64,000 nt of DNA from Bilabrum cf. latius. Taxonomy: Eukaryota. The notes beneath the pieces were generated by a model, which worked only from the letters and a program-made list of their open reading frames with translations, ran no database searches and was not told where the DNA came from. Where the stretch lies: positions 124,001-188,000 of the forward strand of contig OZ237762.1 of the NCBI GenBank assembly GCA_965178125.1, read 5' to 3'. The position numbers were made by a program, and so were the translations under genes. Positions 49,907 through 63,380 of this stretch are shown piece after piece; position 1 is the stretch's first letter, and every line of letters starts with the position of its first letter.

Positions 49907-51611
49907 TCAGTTCAAAACCACTCGAGCCCGCTTCGAGTCCGGCATACCGCCGCTTCCATGCCCCCCACCCACACGCACACCCACACCCACAGCCGTGGCC
50001 TGACTGTGCCCCCGCTTGGCCCCCAGTGCGGGGTAGGGCACACTGCTGGCAACCGCCCCTTGCCCGACTTGCAGCCCATTTCCGATTCCGAATCCGCGCT
50101 GCGGCCCAGTCAGCGCAGAGGCAGGCACCCGCGCCGTATCAGCCATATAGCCCTACTAGTAGGCCCCGGCTCCGGCCACTGCACCACTCAGGTCCCGGTC
50201 CCTGCCCTACTGCAGGCCCGGTCCTCCCATCACTCCATAGGGCTGCCCCTGCCCCAGCCCTTGCCCCGCCCCCCCCTGGGTGTACGAGCCAGCGCCAGTC
50301 GGGAAAGACATTCCCATGCCACCACTGGCCATCCCCATACCGAAGCTCATCCCCATGCCATTGCCATGGCCATTGCCCATGTCATCGCTGCTGGGCGGAA
50401 GCATGCCTTTGTCTGCACCTGCATGCACTGCACCTGCGCCCATTCCACGTCCTTGGAGCCGGTCCGGGCCAGCAAAGCGATGTGACAGCACTGCAGAGCG
50501 CTGCCCCTGCTGCTGCTGCTGCTGCTGAGACTGGGCGAGGGCCTGGTGGTATTGCCGATACTTGTCCATCTCCATAGACTCCAGCTCGCGCCGCATCTAC
50601 AGCTGCATCTGACCGTTCCCCATGTGCCCGTTGCCCATATGCCCGTGCATTTGCTGGCTCAGGGCACCCTTTCCCATTCCCATTCCCATCCCACCCATCC
50701 CCGCCCCTGCTCCTGCACCTCGACCCCACTGGCCCGCGAAATTGACTCCCCCCGCGGACTGGCTCACTCCAGGGTAAAAATCACTCGTCACACCGCCGAT
50801 CCACCCCATCCCCACCCCCATCCCCGTTTCCATCCCGTGGCTGGCAGAGGTCGGCGCCGGGGCGGCTGCTAGACCCTGACCCTGACCTTGTCCTTGTCCG
50901 AACGAGGACAGCGCGGAGGCAGTGGAAGAGTAGGACCCAGAAGAGGAGACCGATGGCGTTGACCGGGCATGCGTCTCTGAGACTGGGGCGGGCTGGGAGC
51001 TGAGCGAGGCTTGCCCCTTGGAGGAGAATGAGGTGGAGGAGGACGAGGAGGAGGAGGCCAAGGGCCCGAAGGACGCAGCAGAACCGGACAGCTGCACGCG
51101 AGGTGCAGCTGGGCGGTCCGTCCCAAAGAGAGCACTAGCACCCCCCGTTGTTCCCTGGGTGGCTGTTCCCTCAAGCGCCAGCAGGCTCCACGCAGATTCG
51201 CCGCTAGACGTTCCTGCGCCAGCACCTGCATGCGGTGCACCTGCCCCTGCCCCTGTACACACGGACACGCCCGCACCCACGCTGGTACCCATGCTAGTGC
51301 TGGTACCCATGCTCATGCTCGCCGCCTGTGTAGTCCCCACCCCTGCTGCACTCCCCACTGCGCCCAGAGAGGGGCTAAGCCCTGCAGCCAGCCCCACTAA
51401 CCCGTTGCCGACGTGGGTCCTGTTCCCCGCCGCCACCCCTGCACCTGCACCTGCACCTGCACCCCAGCCGAACCCCAACGGAACGGGGGAAGGGCCTAGA
51501 GCTGCAGGTGATTGAGCAAGAGGGGCTACAAGGGCATGAGCAGGGGCGTAGGCAGGGACAGGGACAGGGGCCCGAGGCAGGGCGCCAGCCGTGCCCACAC
51601 CTGCTCCCACA

Positions 51612-51646
<35 letters not shown>

Positions 51647-52777
51647 CCCCATAACTGCTCCTGCTCCTGCCCTGGCCATCTGGGCCTCGAGCTGCCTCCT
51701 CTGCTGCTCCAAGATCGCCTGCTGCTGGGCGATCATGATCTGCTGCTGCGCCTGCTGCAGCTGTATCTGCCGCTCTAGCTGCTTGCGGTGCATGGCCTCG
51801 TGCACCCGCCTTGCCGGGCCAACCGGGATCACCTGCTCCTGCGGCAGCGGGAGCACCTGCATGCTCAAGTCATGGTGGCCGACCCCGAGCTTTGCCTCCA
51901 GCCTGGTTCTCAGAAGAGCGATGTCTTCCTCGAGCGCGCCCCTCTCGCGGTCCATCTGCTCCTGCAGCAGCTTGCGACGGAGCCGAGACTTGCGAGCATG
52001 GATGCGGTTTCGCTCCCTCTGCTGCTGCCGATCTGCCTCGCGCGTGGCAGCCTGAACATCTGCCGAGGAGAGTTCTTCAACTGAAACTCCAGCTCGAGCG
52101 GCGGCCTTGGCCTTGGCCATCTCGAGGGCCTCGCTGCGTTTGGGCAGAGATGCGATTTCGTCCTGAAGCGCTTCTTCTTGATGAGCTCTCCGCTCCGCTT
52201 CTGCAAGAACGCGAGCATGTGCTGTGCCTGATCCTTCTTGCGCGAGTGCGTGCTCGTAGGGAAGGCCAAACGATACCTGGAACACCCCTGCCAAGTGTCG
52301 AAATTGCGCCCTGAGGTTTGCGACGAAGGCCTTTGTCGTCTCCATCGTGCTCTTCTTCTTAGCGCGCGATTTCCTTGCATGCTCACGATTTCGTCGTCTA
52401 CTGCGATGCTTTATGAAATACCTCGTCTCAATCAACACCAGTCAGAATGCGTCGCTGACATCACACCTCAGTTTGGTTTTAAGTTGGCTTCAGAATGACC
52501 TCGGAGATCGGTTCAAACGCACTCACTGTTCTTCAAGCTGCATCAATGCATTAGTTTCTATCGTTGTATCCATTCTGGCAGGGCGGGTTGACCGTCTATC
52601 GGGTCTGTCACGCCCGACGCCGTTTCCCGGAGAATCATTTTCAGTCGGGCCCGCCGGCTCGACTTCTGCCCCAAACGCATCTTCGGCGGTCATTGCGCTC
52701 ATCTGTCCGGCAGCAAGGATTTGAGAGAATGCATTTCGAACAGATTCTGCGTCATTGGACTGGCCTCCTTGCTGCAT
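49907..52777 (-). CDS. bZIP transcription factor with two basic regions; probable intron ~52401-52526
   Basis: RRRNREHARKSRAKKK and QRERNRIHARKSRLRRK; Q/G/A-rich tail through TAGs; TGA at 49907. Confidence 0.75.
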
Positions 52778-53250
52778 GTCGCGATCGCGCCTTTCCGAGA
52801 TGCTGCTGATGGCCTTTGATCTGCACTCTCAGAATGGTTATCAATCAATGATGCTGTCTTAAGAACAGCACAATATGTTTCGGGTGGCTATTTTACCAAG
52901 AAATCGCCTCCTTGTTGCAATGTACTGCTTGTACGAGGCAAAATACAGTCTACAAGCCCACGGCCTGCCCGAAGCCCCAGGGGTGAACGGATTCCGATTT
53001 TCGATGCGCAACTTGCGACCGTCGTGCAGCCGAGATAAGTACACGCCATCTAATGACGTAAGGGCGCTGCGCTCAATGCATGCCGTATGCGGTTGAAAAC
53101 AACAAGGATAACCAACAAGTAGAAAGCATAACAGGTTCGGAACACGGTTGCACCGACACCTGGGCGTGCATGCACCGAGATCGCCACTAACAAGCACCGG
53201 ATCAATATCAGCTGATCCGGCACGGGTCGTACACAGGCGGACTGCGAGGC

Positions 53251-55557
53251 TCAAACCCCGCAGCAGGATTTGGCTACGGACATAACATTTTCCCAAAGTG
53301 CCCCAACACTCGATGCCAGCCTCTGGTGCTCCTCCAGCAGCGAGGAAGCCTCCTAGAGAGACGACGCGTCGATTGGAACGCCGGCGAGAGCGTCCGGTGG
53401 TGCGCCTTTCTGTCCATCCCTATGCTCTGAACCCGCACCCAGATGTGTTGCTTCCCTTTGAAGGAGTGTGTGTGCGCGATTCCCGCCCAACTGGCCGTCC
53501 CAGGATGCCCGTCGCGACCGGGCCGCGGGCGATTCCGCGGCTGATGAGGCAGCCGATGATGAGGACGCTTCCCCCTGCCAGTGATGACCAATGGCAGCCC
53601 CCGCCCCCATGGTCCCTGTCCCCCGCGCCACCTGGAGGGCCAGCTCTAGACCCCTGGCAGCCTGCCGCAGCTGCTCAACGTCCCTGCGAGCCTGCTGCAG
53701 TGCGGCTGCGTCCACATCTGCTGCCCACTATCCCGGACCTGTCTTCGTCTTCGCGGCCCACCCTTGCCTGCCAGTGCCATCCACAACACCCGACACCGTC
53801 TCTCCCACCCGCGATTCCGACTCCAGTCCCGGCGTCTTTGACTGCACCTCAGCCCCAGCCCCAGCCTGTGCCTGTGCCTATGCCCCTCGGCTGCTGGAGC
53901 CGGGGTCGCCTCCAGGGGCAGTCGACTGTTCCCTGGAGCCGGGGTCGCCTCCAGGGGCAGTCGGCTGTTCCCTGGCCCTGACCCACCGAGCCACCACGGG
54001 AGACCGCATCGTGCGAGCCACGGCAACCCGCGCTACTGACTCGTCGGGGGGCCGGGGGCGAGGGCAGCGAGCATGAGCATCTGCGCGGCGAGTCCTCCTT
54101 ATCCCCTGCTGACCACCGCCCCCTCTTGCCCCAGTTGCCTGCCGCCTCGGTGGTGAACCAAGCTGTGCAGCGAACCCAGCCTCGTCTGGTGGGTGCTCAC
54201 AAAGCTGCTGCTGGTGTGTCCCGCGCTAGGTCGAGGACCTCGCCGGTGCACTCGTCACATGGGTCGAGGACCTCGCCAGTGCTCTCGTAACATCGAGATC
54301 AAGCGATTCGCCCGATTTTCTCTCGACGCCTGTACCTGCATGCAGTGCACCCATGATCAGCCGGCGGGCCCTCGCTGCCGCGGAGGACGAGGACGAGGAC
54401 AAGGACGATGATGAGGCAGATGTGGTGCTGCGGGGGGGAAGGCTGTGAGCGCCAGCACCGGAGACTAGCCGAGGCAGCGCATGCACGGGGCTGGTGCTCG
54501 TTCTGGTGCGTGGGCTAGGCACTGCCTGATCGACGGCTCTTCGACCGGCTCTGGTCCCGTGGTGCTGGTGCTGCTGCTGCTGCCCCGTCTCCAATTTCAT
54601 TCCGAGTCCTCCCGTCAGCTTGATGTCGGTCGCTTCGATGGATTTCTGCAGGCCGGGGGGGATAGCCCGGGGGTCCTGCACTGCCTGCAGGATCGTGCGA
54701 TGCAGCCCCCCACGACTGGCAGCACCGGTTCCGGTTTGGAAGCCAACACGAGAGGCAGTTCTTGACGACGATGGTGATGGTGACGACCGCCGAGAGCCGA
54801 GATGTGAATCGCGTGCTCCTCCTCCTCCTCCTCTTCGCTCTCGCCCTTGCCCCTCTGGCTGAGTCCGTCCCATTGGCAGTGATGATTGACTCGAAGCCAA
54901 CGCTCGCTCGCCACTGCCACTCCCAATGCCACTGCCACTAGTACCACTACTGCCAGTCGTGGTCTTGATTGGTGGGGGTGTGAAAGCCAGGGAGGTCCCA
55001 TGCCGCAAGTGTGCTGGCGCATGATGCCGCTTCTTGCTTGGAGAAGGTGCTTCGTCCGAATCGTAGAAATCTGGGTTGGAGGCATCAAGGCTCTGCCCGT
55101 GGGATCGATCAGCGAGAACCGACGACTGTCCACCACTGCGCTTTGCATCTCCAGCAGCAGTCCCAGCCCCGTCCGACTCGCCAACAGGCTGGACATCATA
55201 CGACATGGTGGGTTCCTACTGGTGTTGATCTAGGTCGCTTCGTAGTCTCTTGATTGCCGTCTGCAACGCTATTCGATCCGACCGCATGCTTGTCACCTCC
55301 TCTCGAATCGTCAATGTCTCGCCCAGAATCTCATTGAGCTAGCCCAACCGGCTATTGTACTATGATTGAACTCTACGCATCACACTAGATGGCTTGATCC
55401 TCAACCCATCTGCTGCCTTTCGCACGGTTCGCAGCTTGGACAGCTTGCCAAGCTTGATATCGGCGCGTCTCTTGGACTCCTCCAGCTTCCGGTGGCAGTC
55501 TGCTAGCAACAGAACGAGTGCGTCGCCATCATGGGTTGTGTCTGTGCTCGCGTTCAT
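53251..55557 (-). CDS. Hypothetical coiled-coil / low-complexity protein, ~768 aa
   Basis: Track ORFs 55360-55758, 54226-55206 and 53353-53715 share a frame and are joined by TAG. Confidence 0.5.
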
Positions 55558-56918
55558 GTCATTGCCTTTTCGCAGCAAACTACCGAACTTGAAGTTGCCG
55601 TTGGGAGACCAGAACGGGCGGCGGTTCCGGTTAGATTGCGCTGAGAAACGAGCAAGCCAATGGCACAGCCCTGCGTTTTCATGGACACCAGATCTAGGGC
55701 TCGAGTTGAAAAGTATGAGGCCAGAAAGAGGCAGCTGCAGGCCCAAAGGCGTCACCACGGGCCGTAGGCTTCATTGCAGCCGGCAGTGCAGCTAAACGCC
55801 AGTGGATACAGCGCGAGGGCAGCGCCTGGGTCCGGCGCAACAGCCCGAGGCAGAGCAATTGACTTATCTTCGGGGAGTGCTACGGACCGGCAACCTGCAC
55901 CTGGAAGGGCACACGAGCACGCTCGGAGCACTCGACCTGCAGCCCACTCGCGCCCACCGGCATCGTCTGCCCCGACTCAACAGAGCTACCCGAGGACTAG
56001 GCGAGATGAAATTTGGGAACTTAAATAGAAAAGATTTCAAGCTCGCGCGCGCGGAGAACGGCCAGGGATTCGAGGCAGCGATGGCGCAAGAGGAGCTGCC
56101 CACCGCGAGCTCCCTCCCAATCCCAGCGGCAGCGGCAGTGGCAGGGGCAGGAGCTGGTCTCCGGTGGTCCCCTCAGGCTCTCGCTCATCCAGCAATCGGA
56201 ATGTGTCCGGACTCGCCCCCCTTGCACCCGCGCCGATCCACCCGCCCCAGGGCCAGGGCGAGGGCCACCACCAGCAGCACCACCACCAGCACCGCGACGG
56301 CCATGCTCGCCTAGCTGGAAGTGGCGCTCCAAGCATAGGTGCAGGGCATGCAAGTGCAGGTGCAGGTGCAGGTGCAGGTGCAGGTGCAGGTGGGAGGGGG
56401 GGGGAGAGGGAGAGGGGGGACCCCCGGGGGATGCCCGGACCCCATCATGGGGGCGGACTCCCTTCCTCCCGGCCCTCGTCCTCGTCGATGCGTGCTTCGG
56501 GCCGTGCCCCCATGGGCCCCATGGACCCCATGCGGCCCCGCAGCAGGGGGTTTGAAGCCAGGGCGGCAGCCAGGGCACAGCTGAGCGTGGGGGGTACTAC
56601 TAGTAGTGGAGGGGAGCGGGGACGCGGTGGGCGGGGGGGTATTGGGATGGACCGAGCGGGGCAGGGCGTGGCGATGCAGCCGAGGGCACACTAGGGTGCG
56701 GGTGCACTGCATGCAGGTGCGGGTGGGGGTGCGGTGAGGCATGCCGCACGGGGGTACAGGCCTCCAGGGGGTGCTTCCCAGGTGGTGTTTGGCTGATGAT
56801 CCCGCGGATAAACTGCGGGTGTGCTGCTTGTGTGTGTCTTCTGCAACTATTGGTATGTGGCTTGCTACGGTTAGCTAGACTAAGCCTACTCCGCATGCGT
56901 GCACGCACTTATCAATCA

Positions 56919-59900
56919 TCACGACACCACGCAAACCTCGCTCCTCACGTGGCCCAGAGGCACCGACCGCCTCACAGCCGGCGCATCACCCCCCACCAGC
57001 TCCCAGTCAGCGCCCTCCACCTGCCGTGCCCCGCCCCCACCCCCTCGACCTCGACCTCGCCTCCACGACCGGCTCCCCGCAATGGACTCTCCACCATTGC
57101 CGGGCTACTTGTGCTGCTAGGGCGATGTGCCGCCATCCTGACTCGTCACACGGGATGCAACCGGCCCGCCCCGCACCGCCGAGCGAGACGCCCCAGTCCC
57201 CGGCCCAGACACCTCCCCAGGCATACCGCCACCCACACCAGCACGAACGCCCTCACTGTCCGCAGTGCCTGCGCCTAGACCCGGGCCAACGCTGACTGCC
57301 CTCCCCATTTGCTCGAAGAAAGATCCTCCCAAAAACGACAAAGACCCGGACTCGTCACCCGTCCCCGTCACCGCCCTGAAATCGCCCATCGAGCCAAACC
57401 GCCTGCAGCCCGTGCCGTCGGTCTCGAAGGATCCTACGGACCCGGAATCGATTCTACCATGCGTCAGCGACGTGTCTGTCCACGCTGCACCCGGCACGCG
57501 GGGCACGCTAGAGGGGTGGTTGTCTGCAGCATGCAGGTCTTCTCCTGCTGTCAACACCGACCCGGCCTCTGACCCAGCCCCACTCCCGCTCCTGTCTCGC
57601 CGTGGCGGGGTTGCAGGGGGAGAAGATGCACCCTTGGGCCCTAGGCCGAACCTATCTCTGCCCTTGTACACGAGAGGGACGTGTCCCATACTGGCCCTCC
57701 TCTGCCTCTGCTGCTGGCTCCTTTCGGTCGCAGTCGACGAGGCCGTGCCCTTGCGGGAGAGAGGGAAACCCTCGCTGTTGTTCCCTGGACCATCCCCAGC
57801 CCCCAGTGCCCCCGCAGTCTCGGATAGCAGACCCGACCGCCCCGGACCCTCTGCCCTAGTGACCACGAAGGACCTGGCCGAGCCCTGCCTCTGCATGCCC
57901 GAGTCCTCGCGCTGCTGCTTGCTTGCAGTTGCGGGGACCACGGGGCTGGTGTGTGTGGATCGGGGGCCCCTTGCACCTCTCTCAGACCCAGCGGAAGCAC
58001 CAGCTGAAGCACCAGCGGAAGCACCAGCACCAGCACCAGCACCAGCACCAGCACCAGCACCAGCACCAGCACCAGCACCAGCTGAAGCTTCTCCTCCACC
58101 CCCCGCTCTGCTGCTGCTGTCAGTCGACCCCTTCTGCACCCAGAACGATGGATTCGGGGTCCCTTTCCTGCTCAGCCCGATGGACCTGCTCTGCACCTCC
58201 CTGCTGCGCCTCGTCAGGGCCACGAAACCCGCCCCCAGCTCCACATACTCGTGTGTCTGCGTCCCGATGAACCGCCCCTGGTCCTCTCTCCTCGACCGCG
58301 GCCCCTCCCCGCCCAACGACTCCGAGTCGGACCCAGACCCAGACCCAGACCCGCCCTCACCACTGACACCACCGTCTCCATGACCTCCGTGACTTCCAGG
58401 AGACGTCCCAGCCGCACTAGCACTGGCACCGGCACCGGCACCTCCTCCCACCCCGCTGCTAGCATCCCCCACACGGTCCCCTCTCCCGATCCCCAGCTCC
58501 CGCACACTCGCTGCCAGCTTGGCCACCTGAGCGGCACGACCACCTCCCTCGGTTCGCTCGAGCCCTCCCCGCCCGGTCTTGCTCCTGCTCCTGCTGCTGC
58601 TGCCGAGTATGCCCTGCCTGGACGAACGCAGCGTCATCTCGCCCGCTTTCCGACTCCGAGTCCTCGACAGCCGCGGGGCCCACGGGCGCCACGCCCTCGC
58701 CCTCCGCTCCTCCCTCGATGGCGCCTCTCTCGGCTGCACCTGCACGGCCCGGGCTCTGCTCACGGCGGGTGCGTCGTCGCTGCTGCGAGTCACCTCCGGA
58801 CCGGTGCCCCGCCCTTGCACCCCGCCCGTGCCCTTGCCCTCTGCTGCTGCCCCTGTCTCCAGGGTCGTGCCGGGGCGGGCAGGCGAAGGCGCCACCTCGA
58901 CGGCGACGGCATCTGCGCCTGCCCCCGCGCCTCCTTGCGCCGCAGTGGGATGCACCCTGTTGCTGACGGCCCCCACCACTGGCTCAGCCCACGTGCCACC
59001 CCTCCCGCCACCTTGACCACCCCCATACGTTCTCTATGTTCCCTGTGCCCTCGCCAGCGCAAGAGCCTTCGCCCCTTCCACCAGCCGCGCCCGGGCCCGG
59101 TCCGTCGCAGCCTGCAGCTTTGTCTTTCCCCCCATGGCGAATTCGTGAGGCATCCAGGGACGGCCAGCCGCCCGCCAGGCCGCGTGCGCCGCGAGCAGAC
59201 GGTCTGCCCTGTGCGAGGCCTGCGTCCTGAGCCGAACGGATATATGGGCCTGCACCGGGACGTGGTCCGAGGCCCCTATGGCCTGCCACAGGGCCAGGTA
59301 CCCGACCGGATGCATGTGCGAGTTCGGCGGCTTGACCAGAACCCTGTCTGTCCACGATGGCACCCGCTGCTTCTTGCTCGAGTCATAGGGTCCTGCGATG
59401 GCTCGTGATGTGCCCACTGCCTCCAGTTCGACCGCGTGCATGCGCCACGCAGCAGCGACAGGGTCACCAACACCTTCTGCCTCCTTGCCCTTGCCCTTGC
59501 CCTTGTCCTTGTCCTTGCCCTTGCCTTTGCCGCCCGCATTCAACCTCCTCCTCTTCCGCTCCGCCAGCACCGGCCCCGCGGTCGGGTGCCCCTCCATGGC
59601 AGGCCCCTTGCGGTCCAGCTTGTACGTCGGCCGGAACAGCAGGGGAGCCTCCCCGAAGTCCTCGAACACGAGCCTCCTCCTCATGTCCCTCCGGAGCTCA
59701 TCTTGCCGCAGCAGCTTCCCCATGTCTCCCTCCAGCAGCGCCTAATCGACCCTCGCCCGCGACATCCTCACCCGATAGTTCAGGTCGCCCATCACCACGC
59801 ACCGGTCGTACCGGGACATCACACGCTTTCGATTCCGGATCTCCGGGGGCGCACCCGTGGGGCACAGGTCCAGCCCCTTGTCGATGCCGTGCGCATCCAG

Positions 59901-60869
59901 GTTCCGCTGCGCGGCGCCCTCCCTGCCCTCCCCCGCGGCCAGGTGGCAGCACACGAAGAGCATGCTGGTGCTGCCCAGGCACAGCCCCACCCCCACGCCG
60001 CCCTTGTTCCCCAGCGCCCCCTGCAAGCCTCTCGCCACGGCCCCCACCTGCACGTCCCCTAGCACAGGCAGCACGGCCTCGTGGGCGAACACCACGAGGT
60101 GCGTCGACTGCAGGTTGCTGGCAGCGACGGGGCGGTACCTGGGCCCCAGGGCCTCCTGCAGCGCACCTTCCCACGCTGACTTGCTGGGGAACAGTGCACT
60201 AGCCTGGATGGACCGCTCGCACTCCTGCGTGCCGTAGGCCACCAGGTGGTGCCGGGCGGCCCGCGGGTGAGGCACCACTCCCCACTCGTGCAGCTGCTCG
60301 GGGCTGGGCGGTGCCTTCCCCGCCATGTTCCAGGTGCAAGCAAGCACGCGTAGGCAACATGTCTCGCGTATCTGTCGAAGAATCCTGCGGTTTGCGTCGC
60401 GGGCGGACTCTGTGGGCGGTGCGCCAGTGCGAGCGGCGTGCTTGTCATCGGTTTGCTTGCCTTCAGCCTGGTTGTAAGGCGCAGACACACCCCCTCCAAA
60501 CGAATCGAAAGTACTGCTTCGTACTAAAGGTTTAGCGTCGTTGCGGGTTGCCGGTGCAGGCTCAGAAATACCTCTTGACTCGATTGCGTCAAGCGGTGTC
60601 CACAGAAGGTGGTTGTCCAGGGGCCGCGGCCACACGTGGCCCTGCGCTAAGTCGTCTGCCTATTGAATGGATTGTTTTCTAGATCTCGACCGCTTGCTTC
60701 CGGCTGATCCTGTTTCCTGGGCTGGGACACCAGGTATACCACTCTGCTTGACTTCCGGTACGTTGGTCTCCGAACGAGCATCCTGGCTTCCCTCTGCTGG
60801 CACGCCCAACCTGGCATGTGTAGGCTGACTTATGGGCGATGTGATCGCCCCGGGAAGCGGGACTTCCAT
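56919..60869 (-). CDS. Inositol polyphosphate 5-phosphatase with a long disordered C-terminus
   Basis: TWNMAG, GTQEC, GNKGGVG, CHLAAG, MGDLNYR, PTYK, RVPSWTDRVL, SDHVPV; TAG at 59742 lies within the catalytic domain. Confidence 0.88.
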
Positions 60870-61166
60870 TGCTGTGTCTTCGATGTCGTGAGAATCTCCG
60901 GGCCGTTGGAAGTGAGCGTCAGCGTGATGAGTTTGAGTTTCATTCGAGTGGAGCTCGTGCAGTCGACAAGTCTGGAGATGTATGACAGCGAGGAACACGC
61001 TGCTCTCCCTAAAAGCAATCGGATGGTCGGCGGTCGCCACGCCCCTCTCCAGCCAGGGGGTGGCAGCCCGCAGCCAGCCCACTACCATGCTCCGAGTCAA
61101 AGCAAGTACCAGCCCAAACCAGCTTCAATCCACACGCACAAATCAACTCTCTGCCATACGTACCCA

Positions 61167-63008
61167 TCATGCACACTGCATAGTCGGCGCCGCCGCGCCC
61201 TCTGGCTGCAGCACCCACGCCCCCAGCTTGGAAGCAGGCGGGACACGCCCCGGGGGGTGCACCACCTTGCCCTGGGGAAAGATCACCGTGCACGAGGCGC
61301 TGGCACCCCCTCCATCCCCAGAGGAAGGAGGCACCTTGAACACGAGGGGGGCACCACTCTCCCCGCCCTTCACGTTGTTCCCTGAGGGGCCGCGCTCCTG
61401 CTGGAACTCGGAAGGAGGCCCCCCGGCCGTGCTCACCCGGTACACGGTCCCGCCCAGTGGCACACCGCTCATGCCAGTCACCACCACGGGACGGTCGAAG
61501 GACAGCATCTCACGGCTGCGGGCCACGGCGGGGTCCTTCGGGTTCGGCCAGGCCCAGGCGCGCTCGTCACACCCCGCGGCCCACGACGCCTCGTTGAGCG
61601 CGCGCGCGAACTCTAGGTTGGAGGTGTCGTTGCTGTGCATCAGCTCGTCAGGGTTCCAGAAGTTCAGGTCGTCCGACCCGGCCAGCAGGAAGTGCAGGAT
61701 CGCCTCCTGATAGTAGTCGGAGCTGTTGGTGAGAGACCCCGAGAATGTCTTGAAGGCGACCCACGGGCGGATGGGGATGTCCACGGTGTCCGAGTACAGG
61801 TTGGGGGCCATGGAGGAGAGGGAGAGGCTCCGGTGCTGCATGACGTTCCATCGCATGGCGTTGTACGGTGTCTGAGGGTATGACCCGCTCAGGTTGAAGT
61901 GGTTCCTCAGGTAGTCCCTGAGTCCCCCCGACCCAGAGAAGCCCATGTACAGCGAGGGGGAGGCCACGTTGCCTTGCACTGCCCCGACCCCGTCCTGGCA
62001 GTACGGGTTGCCGTTGCCGTCGGGCACACAGCTCGTCCTGCTCGTGTTCCAGAGCATGTACTCGTAGTTGCTGAGGGAGACAGAGGAGGCAAAGGGGCTG
62101 GGCCCGAATCGCAGAGGGCTAGGGGGGGCGGGCCACTGCGGCTGCGGCTGCGACGAAGTAGATGGAGATGGAGATGGAGCTAGGGCAGGCCCTTGGGCCG
62201 GGGCTGGCTACCTGCGGGGGGCGAGGGCGAGTGCGGCTGCGGCTGCAAGTCTCTGGCGATGGTCCTGACTGCCGGCCTGCACGGCGGGTTGTGCCCCCGG
62301 ATAGTGCTCTGCAATCACCTCCCATATGGCCAGGTTGAAGTACGTGGCGGTCCGGTTCAGCATGTAAGAGTTCCAGACGTGGTAGTTTGAGCTCTGCCGG
62401 ATGCTCTGCCAGAGATAGTCCGGCTAGGACTCGTTGAATTCCATGCCTTCGTCCTGCAGAGCAGTTTTGATCTCGGGCCAGCGCTGGTCTATCTGGATGT
62501 AGAGGGCGCGCTGCTGCTTGCACTCGATCGAGGGACCCGGGTTGTCAAACAGCGGCCAGTTGGACAGCCATATCTCGGCATCGACGACGAAACGGTCTAA
62601 TTCTCCTCCTATAGCAGAGTAGTTGCCAAAGAACTGCTCGAATCGCCGACGAACTTCGGATACCCCATTGTCCCACCACACCCCCGTGAATGTAGAATAC
62701 TTGCTGGAACAGTTGGTCTCCGGCGGGAAGATGTTGTCGGCAGGTGAGTCCTCAATGCCCCTGTGGTACGTCCATGAGAACAACGTCTTCGCGAATGGCA
62801 TGGCATCCGTGGCGTTTTTGGCCTCCAAAGCTGCCTGAGTGAAGTTGCTCTCATCTTTCAGCCAATGGAAGTACTGCACCGGCTTGCACTCGTCCCCGCA
62901 CCCTGCAGGCGCGCTGGCAGGGGACCACGAGTCGCCAAAAAATTGATGGGGTCGGCATGCGCCTCCCAATGCGGCTCCAAGGATCGCGAAATGGAGAGAG
63001 GCATGCAT
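61167..63008 (-). CDS. Secreted hypothetical protein; possible intron 62071-62211
   Basis: Signal-peptide-like N-terminus and aromatic-rich globular sequence; ORFs joined via TAG. Confidence 0.6.
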
Positions 63009-63239
63009 GTCGGAGCCTGCTTGAGCCAGTAAATAGTAAAAAACAAAACAAAAAACATTATCAGCATTGTGGCAAACAGTATACTTAAATTTAGGCAGAC
63101 TTGCAGATGCTCTCACGCATTCTTGTGCTCGAAGCGTGCGCTAGTCGTCCCCCGCTGCACTGCAGCGGAACCTCCCCGGGAACTTCGGGCTGTGGCGGAC
63201 AACGGGCCGAACCGAAAATTGGGCTCGGGCAGGGGCGCC

Positions 63240-63380
63240 GTCCGATAGATAGACTAGTCCGCCATCTCAAAGTGCACGCGGCTCTCCAGCCCCAAGACAC
63301 GCACCCTCTCCTCCGCCCACTCCTTCTGCTCTCGGCTCAGGGTGATCCCCGTCACGCTCAAGCCGGGCACCATCAGCGGC
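63240..63380 (-). pseudogene. Fragment of a cyclopropane-fatty-acid-synthase-type methyltransferase
   Basis: An alternative frame reads VTGITLSREQKEWAEERVRVLGLESRVHFEMAD. Confidence 0.5.

Noticed and set aside
55650-55692. Weak resemblance to the 82-bp minisatellite unit (VHENAGLCHWLA vs VHEDAGLCSWPA)
   Set aside because: Only about 24 of 38 nt match, which is compatible with chance.
55802-56737. Possible + strand host gene
   Set aside because: Low complexity, no clear start and no domain; insufficient support.
27400-63300. Numerous overlapping and antisense ORFs in the track
   Set aside because: They are shadows of GC-rich genes and contain no recognisable domains.
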